Origin: a virus
Lineage: Duplodnaviria; Heunggongvirae; Uroviricota; Caudoviricetes
Direction: 5' to 3' (one strand)
Length of the DNA: 24,649 nt
IMG/VR virus record: IMGVR_UViG_3300028025_000093
Location: 1 to 24,649 of that record
Shown: piece after piece, positions 8,447 through 17,451 of the stretch
Layout of the letters: each line of letters begins with the position of its first letter
Position numbering within the stretch: position 1 is the stretch's first letter
Program-made: the position numbers and the translations under genes
Notes under the pieces: generated by a model
Told to the model about the DNA's origin: nothing
Seen by the model: the letters and a program-made list of their open reading frames with translations, nothing else
The model's database searches: none

Positions 8447-8578
8447 AAACTTAAACCTAGAGATCCAATAGCAAAGGATCTACGAACTCCCAAATACCGA
8501 ATGCGTGTAGTTGAGAGTAAGGTTAAGTACACACGCAAATCTAAACACACAAAGGACAATTATGGACAATACCTATGA
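8438..8578 (+). CDS. Small basic protein resembling alternative ribosome-rescue factor ArfA (46 aa)
   Basis: Not in ORF track; MYNKLKPRDPIAKDLRTPKYRMRVVESKVKYTRKSKHTKDNYGQYL; L-x-x-P-x-[YF]-R-x-R-V...Y-x-R-K-x-K-H pattern. Confidence 0.6.
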   Translation: MYNKLKPRDPIAKDLRTPKYRMRVVESKVKYTRKSKHTKDNYGQYL

Positions 8579-8810
8579 AATAGGCAGAGGTGGTGCTCTT
8601 ACTACAATTAAGATCAAAGACCACTCATACGATGTTGTTGAATTTACAATTACCAAGTATCTTGCTGATGAACGTGGTAATGAGATTGTCAACAGCGGAT
8701 ATACCACATTCTTTTCCAATAAAGAATTTGCAGATTTTTTCACACCAATTGTAAATGACTTGAAAGCGAGATTTGATAATGCAAACGATGCAAGCAACCC
8801 AAACACCTGA
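8562..8810 (+). CDS. Hypothetical protein
   Basis: ATG 8562 with AAGGA RBS. Confidence 0.7.
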   Translation: MDNTYEIGRGGALTTIKIKDHSYDVVEFTITKYLADERGNEIVNSGYTTFFSNKEFADFFTPIVNDLKARFDNANDASNPNT

Positions 8811-9078
8811 ATTTAAAACTTGGCTTAAAGGACTACTAGTCGATGAACATACAAAAGATCTGTGCGTTGTGTTTACCAAGAAAGATGGTTCCGAGCGAGA
8901 ACTTTTCTGCACACTTAATGAAAGTAGAATCCCCTCAGCCAAACTTCCGAAAGTCCAAGAAGAAGGCTCGACTGTTAGAAACTTCAGCGATGAGTCAGCC
9001 AGAGTGTTTGACACAGAAAAGCAAGAGTGGCGATCTTTCCGTTGGGATTCAGTAAAACAAGTAAGGTTTGAACTATGA
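8779..9078 (+). CDS. WYL-like / SH3-Sm fold protein of T4-like phages
   Basis: VVFTKKDGSER...CTL...VFDTEKQEWRSFRWDSV; start uncertain (8779 or 8788). Confidence 0.75.
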   Translation: MQTMQATQTPEFKTWLKGLLVDEHTKDLCVVFTKKDGSERELFCTLNESRIPSAKLPKVQEEGSTVRNFSDESARVFDTEKQEWRSFRWDSVKQVRFEL

Positions 9079-9266
9079 AATATCTAATTATTTTTGCAAT
9101 TGCACTGGCATTTATTATTTTGATTCCATGTGCCACTATTTGGTCGCTGAACGCATTATTCCCTGCGTTGGCAATTCCATTGACATTTGACACATGGTGT
9201 GCTGCACTAGTTCTTGGTGGAGTTGTTGGTGGTAGTACTGGCTTTTCATTTAGAAAGAAAGATTAA
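9075..9266 (+). CDS. Small membrane protein
   Basis: Two hydrophobic helices with basic C-terminus. Confidence 0.7.
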   Translation: MKYLIIFAIALAFIILIPCATIWSLNALFPALAIPLTFDTWCAALVLGGVVGGSTGFSFRKKD

Positions 9267-9268
9267 TT

Positions 9269-9541
9269 ATGAGCATTTCCTCAATTGAAGATCGTAAAAA
9301 GATTTTTGGTGCCATCCGTGAAATTAGTAATTCCATGGTTCGTATTGAAGCAGAACGTGACCTAATCAAAGACATCGTCAAGGATGTTTCTGATAATTAC
9401 CAACTCTCTCGTAAAGTTGTAAATAAGATGGCAAAGGTTTATCATAAACAATCACTATCTCAAACTGTGGCTGAGCATGAAGAGTTTGTAGAAATGTATG
9501 ACGAAGTAACAAGTGCAAATACACCACAAGCTACCAGCTAA
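9269..9541 (+). CDS. dsbA: T4 DsbA-like double-stranded DNA-binding protein (not the disulfide oxidase)
   Basis: IREISNSMVRIEAERDLIKDI...VVNKMAKVYHKQ pattern of the phage DsbA family. Confidence 0.75.
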   Translation: MSISSIEDRKKIFGAIREISNSMVRIEAERDLIKDIVKDVSDNYQLSRKVVNKMAKVYHKQSLSQTVAEHEEFVEMYDEVTSANTPQATS

Positions 9542-10076
9542 TCCAAAACGCAAACTACTTTACTTCATGGGTCAAACATGGAAGTATAAAACTATGTTTG
9601 CTGAGTTCAGTGATCTACTAATCGACACAGAAATTATTGCTGTTGATTATGATATCACTGATACTCATGAGTCTATATTTAAAGAATCCAAGCAATTAGT
9701 TTCAAAATTTAAACCAGACTATTTGATGGGTTATTGTTATGGTGGATTTGTTTGCATAAATTGTGCTGACCATAATATCAAAGGTATTATTCTTTTGGAT
9801 CCCTCAGCTAAAGTAAAATCTGTAGATCCCACACATGAAGATGTTATTTCAAAGAATACCAATCTATCCAAACCAATACCAAAAACGCCACTAGATAAAG
9901 TTGCTTGTAAAGTTGATATTATTTACACCACTGAAGGTTTAAATGGTAGTGGTATGCAGATACAATATATTAGAAATAAACAAATTCATACTATTGGAGA
10001 TTCGACTCATATGATTATGATTGAGCCGAATAGATATGAGTTGGCAAATAAGATATTGGAGATTATGAATGCTTGA
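9513..10076 (+). CDS. Alpha/beta-hydrolase fold protein with Cys nucleophile elbow
   Basis: GYCYGG, IILLDP, C-terminal STH; GTG start uncertain. Confidence 0.75.
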   Translation: MQIHHKLPANPKRKLLYFMGQTWKYKTMFAEFSDLLIDTEIIAVDYDITDTHESIFKESKQLVSKFKPDYLMGYCYGGFVCINCADHNIKGIILLDPSAKVKSVDPTHEDVISKNTNLSKPIPKTPLDKVACKVDIIYTTEGLNGSGMQIQYIRNKQIHTIGDSTHMIMIEPNRYELANKILEIMNA

Positions 10077-10893
10077 CTACCCAGCTTGGAAAAATGGTAA
10101 GTATTGTAAAGTTAAAGATCTGACAGTATCAGTTCTTGATTTTGGTTTGATTCATTGCGATGCCACATATGATGTGCTTGCAGTGAAGAATGGCGAGATA
10201 CAAAATCTTGACGCACATTTAAGTAGATTCATTAACAGTTCTATGGGGTGGAGAATCCCAATTGAATATTCTGACAATGATATTGAGATTGTTATTCAAA
10301 CGCTAGTGGCGATGGCACCAACCGATGACTTGCTGGTTTGGGTTGGCGTAACACGTGGAACTCCTACATCTGGCAATCCAAGAGATCTAGAGAGTTGTAA
10401 GCCTAATTTGTTTATATACGTTAAACCTTACTATGGGTTTAATAAAGAAAACACGGCAACTGTTTGTCTGGCGAAGCAAAGACGAAACGATTGTATTGAT
10501 CAGACCATGAAGAACTTTGCTTGGAATGACTTTAACCTTGCGCAGTGGGAAGCAATTGATCGTGGTTATGATACTGCCGTATTACTTGATAGACACCATC
10601 ACATAACTGAAGGTCCAGGATTCAATGTTGGATTTATCAGTAAAGACGGATTTGTTTACGCACCAAGATCTAATCGCTTGCAAGGAACATCAATGGAGCT
10701 GGTCAGAAAACTTTGTGAAGAGAATGGTAAACAATTTTTCTATACAGATATTTCCCCACATACTGTTGGTGAAGAAATGGACGCAATGTTTTTAACATCA
10801 ACTGCTGGTAATGTTATTGCAGTGAAGTGTTTTGAAAATAAGTATTTTGACAATAATGAGGTTTTATCTTGGTTACAACAGAAGTTAGTCTAG
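10069..10893 (+). CDS. PLP fold-type IV aminotransferase, (R)-selective amine transaminase-like
   Basis: LDFGLIHCDATYDV, HLSRF, DQTMKNFAWNDF (catalytic Lys), ITEGPGFNV, LQGTS, FLTSTAG. Confidence 0.88.
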   Translation: MLDYPAWKNGKYCKVKDLTVSVLDFGLIHCDATYDVLAVKNGEIQNLDAHLSRFINSSMGWRIPIEYSDNDIEIVIQTLVAMAPTDDLLVWVGVTRGTPTSGNPRDLESCKPNLFIYVKPYYGFNKENTATVCLAKQRRNDCIDQTMKNFAWNDFNLAQWEAIDRGYDTAVLLDRHHHITEGPGFNVGFISKDGFVYAPRSNRLQGTSMELVRKLCEENGKQFFYTDISPHTVGEEMDAMFLTSTAGNVIAVKCFENKYFDNNEVLSWLQQKLV

Positions 10894-11663
10894 AACAAAA
10901 CAAACATCTATTATTCCTGCTACCTGGACAAAGTTTATCTCCACGTGTTTTCTGGGATTTTAAACTACCAGATGGTTACACGCATATAGATTATTTTGTA
11001 GCAGCAGGGATAGATGTAATCTTATTTGATCCATGTGGTTATGGAGAGAGCACTGACTATTATCAATATGATAGAGTTGGGTATGCAGATCAGATTGAAT
11101 CTGCAGTCAAAGAACTTAAGAAAGAATATGTTTCCAAAACTATATTTGGTTTCTCCACATCAACTGCTCCTGCATTGATTGCTGGTGAAAGATTATTTGA
11201 TAAAGTTATTATTCACAGTCCATCTGTTCGTATGGATAAAAGATATTATGTTGAGTTTGACACTGAATACTTTGAGACTGGTATCGAGAAACTTAAAAAA
11301 GAAAGACTTGAAAAGATTAGTGACAAGTTGATTGGTTTACCAAATAGAATTGACGGATGGGAACAAAAAATTCTTGATGTTATTGGCAGCAGTACTTGGA
11401 AAGTTCCATCTCAACCTGTTTATGACATAAACAATTATTGGGTTGATACTGGACAGCTTGGATTCGATCCTGCAAAGGTTCCACCTATTCTAAGCATTAT
11501 TGGTGAGTATGACTATGAATCTACCACAGGTGGTTATGATACATTTAAGGGACTGTTTCCAGAGTCCAAGGAAGTTATTATTCCCCAGTCTACCCACTTC
11601 TCTATGTGGGAGAACTCATCGGCTCTAACTCGTTTAGAGATGATCCAATGGGTCTTGCAATAA
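10869..11663 (+). CDS. Alpha/beta-hydrolase fold protein
   Basis: LLPGQS, FDPCGYGES, GFSTST elbow, GEYD acid, STHF His; TTG start uncertain. Confidence 0.8.
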   Translation: MVTTEVSLEQNKHLLFLLPGQSLSPRVFWDFKLPDGYTHIDYFVAAGIDVILFDPCGYGESTDYYQYDRVGYADQIESAVKELKKEYVSKTIFGFSTSTAPALIAGERLFDKVIIHSPSVRMDKRYYVEFDTEYFETGIEKLKKERLEKISDKLIGLPNRIDGWEQKILDVIGSSTWKVPSQPVYDINNYWVDTGQLGFDPAKVPPILSIIGEYDYESTTGGYDTFKGLFPESKEVIIPQSTHFSMWENSSALTRLEMIQWVLQ

Positions 11664-11697
11664 CCCTCAAATCCGTAAGGGAATGATCAAAAATACC

Positions 11698-11726
11698 TTG
11701 CCTTTAATTCAAAGGTAGGGTATAAT
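11698..11726 (+). promoter_or_regulatory. Sigma70-type early promoter
   Basis: TTGCCT-17 bp-TATAAT; GGAGG RBS downstream. Confidence 0.8.
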
Positions 11727-11754
11727 AGTTATATTAAATGGAGGTTATTGACCT

Positions 11755-12891
11755 ATGGCTGTAAATACTGCAAAACGTAAAGCTGCGATTGAGAAAGCAG
11801 ATCGCATTATGAAGGGTGTTGAGGTTCAACTCAATCCTGAAACATATCAACGTGACTTGATGCGTGGTTTGAATTACTACAACGCAAATCACGATGACAA
11901 AGACAAGAAGAAGTGGTTCATCTCTCACTATGCTCAGATTGACAAGAAATTGGCAGTCGAGATGCTAAAGATCGATGACTATCAATTTAGATACGCAGGT
12001 ATTCTTGCACGTCTTCAAGATGGTGGTTCTGTTCTTCAAGAAAAGGAACTGAACTACTACAATGAACGTGTGGAATTCTTGAAGTCTCAAATTGGTGCTC
12101 GTCAAAAATCCCAAGACAAACAAGATAAGAAAGATGCCGATGCTGCCAAAGAAGCACTGCCATCAAATGTAATTTCAATCCAACAACGTATGGAAGATAA
12201 AGCCCATGACTTGGCTGGTGAGATTGAAGGTGCAATTGATGACTTTGTTCTTGCTGGTTGCAAGTCAGAATTTTCAACAAAGAATTATCTGTTGGCAAAT
12301 CAAGTGGCTGGACCGATTGCTAAACGCATTGGAGAGTTGTTTGAAGGTACTGCCGAAGAACTTAGAGAAGCGATTAAAGGCACTGATGAACAATTGGTAG
12401 AAGGTTACTCACACTTAAACAAACGAGAGCTAAAACGATTCTTAGAGTTTGTTGAAACTATTATTGCTGATTGTCAGCAGATGGTTCAAACAGCCAAAGT
12501 AAATCGTGCTCCACGTAAGCGTAAAGAAATCTCTCCTACCAAGCAAGTTGCTCGTATGAAGTTTATGCGTGAGTTTGCTGAACTTGGTTTGAAGTCAGTA
12601 CCACCTACCAATATTATTGGTTCTGCAGAAGTCTGGGTATATAATACCAAGTACCGTAAACTGCAAAAGTATGCTGCAGAAAGTGGTACTATTGCAGTTA
12701 AGGGAACTACCCTAGTTGGTATTAGTTTGAAAGATTCTGTTTCGTTTACACTACGTAAACCTGAAGAATTCTTTAAGGGATTGTCTATGGGTAAGCGTGC
12801 GTTGAGTAATGCAATCAAAGCATTGAAGACAAAGCCAGCTGTACCAAATGGTCGTGTGAATGAAGAATGTATTATCTTGGGAGCATTTTAA
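11755..12891 (+). CDS. Conserved T4-like phage hypothetical protein preceding RNase H
   Basis: 378-aa ORF with GGAGG RBS; basic C-terminal domain (VYNTKYRKL...TLRKP...NGRVNE). Confidence 0.75.
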   Translation: MAVNTAKRKAAIEKADRIMKGVEVQLNPETYQRDLMRGLNYYNANHDDKDKKKWFISHYAQIDKKLAVEMLKIDDYQFRYAGILARLQDGGSVLQEKELNYYNERVEFLKSQIGARQKSQDKQDKKDADAAKEALPSNVISIQQRMEDKAHDLAGEIEGAIDDFVLAGCKSEFSTKNYLLANQVAGPIAKRIGELFEGTAEELREAIKGTDEQLVEGYSHLNKRELKRFLEFVETIIADCQQMVQTAKVNRAPRKRKEISPTKQVARMKFMREFAELGLKSVPPTNIIGSAEVWVYNTKYRKLQKYAAESGTIAVKGTTLVGISLKDSVSFTLRKPEEFFKGLSMGKRALSNAIKALKTKPAVPNGRVNEECIILGAF

Positions 12892-13781
12892 TGATTTTAG
12901 TTGATTATAGCCAAGTCGCCCTCAGCAACATTCTTTCGTTTCAACGTGAGCTAAAGGGTAGTGAATCTGAAGTAAAGAACTTGATCCGTCACGTTACTCT
13001 TTCTACTCTTAAATCGTACAAGAAAAAGTACGGCAAAGAATATGGTGAGATGGTTATCTGTTGCGATGGACGCAAGTACTGGCGTAGAGAAATCTTCCCA
13101 CACTACAAAGCTGGTCGTAAGAAATCTCGTGAAGCCAGTGAACTAAACTGGACACTGATCTTTGATACACTGACTGAGATGCGTGAAGATATTGCCAAGC
13201 ATTTTCCATATAAAGTTATTCACATCGATCGTGCTGAAGCTGATGACGTTATTGCGGTTCTTGCTAAGTGGACTCAAACCAATGCCCTAGTTCAACAAGG
13301 ATTGGTTGAAGACCCACAAAAGGTTCTGATTCTTTCTTCTGATGGTGACTTTATCCAACTGCAAAAGTTTGATAACGTGACGCAATACTCACCTATGCAA
13401 AAGAAACAGATCAAAGCCAATGCTCGTGAACTGTATGAAAAGAAAATCACGCACATCGTTAAAGCTGGTGATGACGGCATTCCAAATATCTTTAGTAAAG
13501 ATGATGTGTTTGTTATTGGTGAACGACAGAAAGTTTGCTCGGCAAAACGTCTTGCTGAGTTTATTGAGAATGGGTATGATGCATGTAAGAATGATGATGA
13601 GCGTCGCAATTGGCATCGTAACGTACAGTTGATTGACTTTGATTACATTCCAGAAGACGTTTCTACGCAGATCATAGATACATATACAAATTACAAAACA
13701 ACTGGCGACAAGATGTCAATTATGCAATATCTCATTGACAATAAGTGCCGTTTACTTTTAGATGAGTTGGAGGACTTTTAA
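12891..13781 (+). CDS. rnh: T4-type RNase H (5'-3' exonuclease, FEN1-like)
   Basis: MILVD, CCDG..YWRR..PHYKAGRKK, EADDVIA, SSDGDFIQLQ, GDDGIPN, RNVQLIDF. Confidence 0.93.
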   Translation: MILVDYSQVALSNILSFQRELKGSESEVKNLIRHVTLSTLKSYKKKYGKEYGEMVICCDGRKYWRREIFPHYKAGRKKSREASELNWTLIFDTLTEMREDIAKHFPYKVIHIDRAEADDVIAVLAKWTQTNALVQQGLVEDPQKVLILSSDGDFIQLQKFDNVTQYSPMQKKQIKANARELYEKKITHIVKAGDDGIPNIFSKDDVFVIGERQKVCSAKRLAEFIENGYDACKNDDERRNWHRNVQLIDFDYIPEDVSTQIIDTYTNYKTTGDKMSIMQYLIDNKCRLLLDELEDF

Positions 13782-14245
13782 TGGCTACAAAATATATTAC
13801 TGAAATCTTAGAAGATATCAATTCGGATCCTACTAAGATTGTTAATTACAAAGACAATGGAGCATTGCGTTTAGTTCTTGAACACGCATTTGATCCCGCA
13901 AAGAAATTTATCTTACCTGACGGAGATCCTCCATATAAAGAAGATGCAGCACCTCAAGGTATGAGTCCTTCTAATCTTCATATGGAAGCCAAGAAGCTAT
14001 ACGTGTTCTGTCGTGCAGATCTAAATCCTTTACGTAGGGAAAGTCTTTTTATTCAATTACTTGAGGGTAGTCACCCAAGTGAAGCCAAGTTGTTGCTAGC
14101 AATTAAAGATCAAAAGCTAACTAAGATGTATCCCAAAGTTACACATAAGTTAGTCAGTGATACTTGGTCTGTTATTCCTGCTCCAGTTGCAAAGGAGAAA
14201 AAGGTAACAAAAAAAGAACAGGCTCCAGTTGGAGCAAGCAGTTAA
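13781..14245 (+). CDS. Conserved T4-like phage protein (DUF6433-like)
   Basis: LPDGDPPYK...RRESLFIQLLEG.HPSEAKLL..IKD; typical neighbour of rnh. Confidence 0.7.
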   Translation: MATKYITEILEDINSDPTKIVNYKDNGALRLVLEHAFDPAKKFILPDGDPPYKEDAAPQGMSPSNLHMEAKKLYVFCRADLNPLRRESLFIQLLEGSHPSEAKLLLAIKDQKLTKMYPKVTHKLVSDTWSVIPAPVAKEKKVTKKEQAPVGASS

Positions 14246-14279
14246 ATAAAACTACTTTATATAATGGAAGGAAATTGAA

Positions 14280-14780
14280 ATGCCAAACTGGTGCGATAAC
14301 TGTGCAACAATTAGTAATCAAGATAAAACAAAGATTGATGAATTGGAAAAAGTCTTAGCGGATAAAGACAACCAACAAGTATTCCAACACTTACGTCCAC
14401 GTCCAGAATCTGAAGAAGAAAACTGGTATGATTGGAATATTAATAACTGGGGTACAAAGTGGGATATTAATCCTCATCATTGGGAACGAGAAGATGATAA
14501 CACTATCATCTTGAACTTTGATTCTGCATGGAGTCCTCCTACTGCTTTGTATGAGTACCTTGACGAAAATGGTTGGGAAGTTAATGCGTATTACCACGAA
14601 GGTGGTATGGGGTTTTGTGGTAAGTTTGAAAATGGTCAAGACGACTGCTATGACTATGATATGAGTGATCGCTCTAGTATTGAAGAAATTCCCGAAGACA
14701 TTGAAAATTATGCTGGGCTTTTAGATTACCACGATGAATGTAAAGCCAATGGGGACTTTGATGAAGCAGAAGTGGGTTGA
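14280..14780 (+). CDS. YubB/DUF1281-like ferredoxin-fold phage protein
   Basis: MPNWCDN, WYDWNINNWGTKWD, FDSAWSPP motifs. Confidence 0.75.
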   Translation: MPNWCDNCATISNQDKTKIDELEKVLADKDNQQVFQHLRPRPESEEENWYDWNINNWGTKWDINPHHWEREDDNTIILNFDSAWSPPTALYEYLDENGWEVNAYYHEGGMGFCGKFENGQDDCYDYDMSDRSSIEEIPEDIENYAGLLDYHDECKANGDFDEAEVG

Positions 14781-15192
14781 TGCATTTATGGACACAGCTG
14801 AGAGATTCGCTCAGTTGTCCAGTGCTAAAAGATTACAAGTTGGTGCGGTTGTTGTAAAAGATAATCGTATTATCTCAATTGGATATAATGGAATGCCAGC
14901 TGGGTGGACTAATGAATGTGAAGAAGTTATTGAGGTTCACGAAGATGGTGGGGTTATTACCAAAACAAAAGATGAGGTTATTCATGCTGAAGCAAATGCT
15001 ATTATCAAACTTGCACGTGATGGCGAATCAGGCAATGGTGCCAGTTTATTTTGTACTCATGCTCCTTGCGTACAATGTGCTAAACTAATTTATGGCGCAG
15101 GCATAAGTAAGATGTATTATAGAAATACATATAGAGATACTAGTGGTATTGATTTTTTAATTAAATGTAACATTGAAGTGGAGAAAATATGA
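14761..15192 (+). CDS. cd: dCMP deaminase
   Basis: QVGAVVV..IISIGYNG, HAEANAI, APCVQC zinc ligands. Confidence 0.92.
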   Translation: MKQKWVDAFMDTAERFAQLSSAKRLQVGAVVVKDNRIISIGYNGMPAGWTNECEEVIEVHEDGGVITKTKDEVIHAEANAIIKLARDGESGNGASLFCTHAPCVQCAKLIYGAGISKMYYRNTYRDTSGIDFLIKCNIEVEKI

Positions 15193-15785
15193 AAACAGTT
15201 GGAGATAAATTACAACCATTCGTGGTTACTGGGGTTAAGCCAGGACAGCCTAAAGATGCTTTCTTTGAAATTAATGAGAAATCATTTGCAGGTAAGTGGA
15301 AAGTTATTGTGTACTATCCAAAGGACTTTACATTCGTGTGTCCTACAGAGATCGTAGCGTATGATAAGTTGTTCCAAGACTTTGAAGATCGTGATGCAGT
15401 TCTATTGACAGGTAGCACAGACAATGAGTTCTGTAAAGTGGCTTGGCAAAATGCACATGCTGACCTAAAGAAAATCAAACACATTCAGTTTGCCGATACA
15501 GTGCGTCGTGGTTTTCAAACTGGTACACACGCAGATAAACTAGGTGAAGATTGCGACTATCGTTGGAATGAAGGTTTGATTGATCAATTGGGTTGTTTCT
15601 ATGAACCTGCTGGCGCAGCATTACGTGCCACATTTATTGTTGATCCAGATAACGTAATTCAGCACGTTACAGTAAACAATCTTAATGTTGGTCGTTCACC
15701 TGAAGAAACATTACGTGTTCTTGATTCTCTACAAACTGGAGAGTTGTGTGCGTGTAATCGTACTGTTGGTGGGGAGACTCTCTAA
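15189..15785 (+). CDS. ahpC: Peroxiredoxin AhpC
   Basis: YPKDFTFVCPTEI, RATFIVDP, GRSPEE, LCACNR. Confidence 0.95.
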   Translation: MKTVGDKLQPFVVTGVKPGQPKDAFFEINEKSFAGKWKVIVYYPKDFTFVCPTEIVAYDKLFQDFEDRDAVLLTGSTDNEFCKVAWQNAHADLKKIKHIQFADTVRRGFQTGTHADKLGEDCDYRWNEGLIDQLGCFYEPAGAALRATFIVDPDNVIQHVTVNNLNVGRSPEETLRVLDSLQTGELCACNRTVGGETL

Positions 15786-16291
15786 TGTCATTCAGCGACA
15801 CTATCAAAAGTGCGTTGCCAGAATACGCAAAGGACACCAAGTTAAATCTTGACGCAGTCCTTTTGCGCAGTACACTAGATGCTGATGTTGCCATGGGTTG
15901 TGCCGTGGCTGCATTGGCTGCAACTGGCAATGGTAAAGTATTAAGCATTCTATTGGCAGATGGTCCAGTACACGCAGAGTCAGCAATGACTGCTGCTAGT
16001 ATTATGGCACAAAACAATGTATGGTATCCATATGTTGAAATGGCTGATGATGCTTCACTAAAAGGTTTACCTGCACAACTACGTATGAATGCTATTGCTA
16101 GCCATGGCGGAACTACCAAGTCAAACTTTGAAGCATTCAGTTTAGCCGCAAGTATTGTTGGTAAATGTCACTTCTGTGTCAAGGCACATTATGAAACATT
16201 AAAGCAAGAAGGTTACACAGTAGAGAATCTACGTGACATTGGTCGCATTGCCAGTGTTATGAACTCAGTTGCTAAAGTATTAAATAGTTAA
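15785..16291 (+). CDS. ahpD: Alkyl hydroperoxide reductase AhpD
   Basis: LPEYAKDTKLNL, MAQNNVWY, CHFCVKAH; TAATG coupled to ahpC. Confidence 0.93.
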   Translation: MSFSDTIKSALPEYAKDTKLNLDAVLLRSTLDADVAMGCAVAALAATGNGKVLSILLADGPVHAESAMTAASIMAQNNVWYPYVEMADDASLKGLPAQLRMNAIASHGGTTKSNFEAFSLAASIVGKCHFCVKAHYETLKQEGYTVENLRDIGRIASVMNSVAKVLNS

Positions 16292-17451
16292 TGATCAACA
16301 AAAACTTAGGTTATTATGTTTGCGCAGGCATTGAATTTTCTTCTAAAGTCGATGCTTGCCTTTATGGTAAAACTGTAAATAAACCAGTTGAGTGGGTTTT
16401 CCATAATAACGAGTTTTCTAGATTTCCTTGGAGTATTGAACCCCAAGAAACTCTTGATCAATTGTATGATAAGCGAGCCAGAGAACTCAGAGAGAAGTAT
16501 GATTATATCATCTTGAGTTTCTCTGGTGGCTCAGACACAAATAATATTCTTGAGAGTTTCATTCGTCAAGGATTGCATATTGATGAAGTAGTAACTAACC
16601 ATATTACTTCAGCAACAAAATCAACTACAGTCTTAGATCCAACTGTTAAAGATAGTTGGAACTTTGCTGCCGAACACGATCTTCAAGCTGTACCAAGATT
16701 AAAATACATTAGAGAAAAATGTCCAAGAACTAAGATAACAGTTCTCGATGTAAGCCAAGTAGTTCTCAATTCAATGAATGTATTTGATGATGTTGATTGG
16801 GTTCTTCATCGTAATGATCACCTATCTATTGGTCAATTGTTTAGATACAATTACTTTCACTTTGGAGAAATGAAGAAGCAGTTCGATAAGAACTTAAAGA
16901 TTGGATTGATAGTTGGTCTTGATAAACCAAAGTTAGTTATCAAAGGCGATAACAACTTCTATATTTACTTTCCAGACTCAGTTGTAAATATTACAACTAT
17001 CAATGATTTCAATAAAGATTACACAAATCTAACCACTGAGTTATTTTATTGGGGTGTAGAAACTCTACCACTTTTAGCCAAGCAAGCACACACAGTGAAG
17101 AATTGGTTAGAAACAAATCCAAAGTTTCAACAGTACTGGAAGTCTAGTACGTTTGCCACAGTAAGAACTCATCAAGAACAGTTGTTACGTTCGCTAATTT
17201 ATACTACTTGGAATGACGATTGGTTTCAAGTAAACAAGTCTACCAGTTGGTTTAATACTGAATTTGATACTTGGTTTAAAACAAATCCAAATATGCAAAA
17301 TGAGTTGACCATGTGGAAGCGTGGAATTGATTATTTGTCTGAACAACTACCAGAATATATAAGTTATGATTCACAAGGTAGACCTGATGCGTTGAAACAA
17401 TTTAAGCATGAGTATCTAATTGGGCGAATGAAACGAAACTTCTTAATATGA
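16291..17451 (+). CDS. PP-loop (adenine nucleotide alpha-hydrolase) family protein
   Basis: ILSFSGGSDT PP-loop; GLDKP; substrate unknown. Confidence 0.75.
   Translation: MINKNLGYYVCAGIEFSSKVDACLYGKTVNKPVEWVFHNNEFSRFPWSIEPQETLDQLYDKRARELREKYDYIILSFSGGSDTNNILESFIRQGLHIDEVVTNHITSATKSTTVLDPTVKDSWNFAAEHDLQAVPRLKYIREKCPRTKITVLDVSQVVLNSMNVFDDVDWVLHRNDHLSIGQLFRYNYFHFGEMKKQFDKNLKIGLIVGLDKPKLVIKGDNNFYIYFPDSVVNITTINDFNKDYTNLTTELFYWGVETLPLLAKQAHTVKNWLETNPKFQQYWKSSTFATVRTHQEQLLRSLIYTTWNDDWFQVNKSTSWFNTEFDTWFKTNPNMQNELTMWKRGIDYLSEQLPEYISYDSQGRPDALKQFKHEYLIGRMKRNFLI

Noticed and set aside
14237-14265. TATAAT at 14260 as another early promoter
   Set aside because: No TTTACT-like -35 at 17 bp
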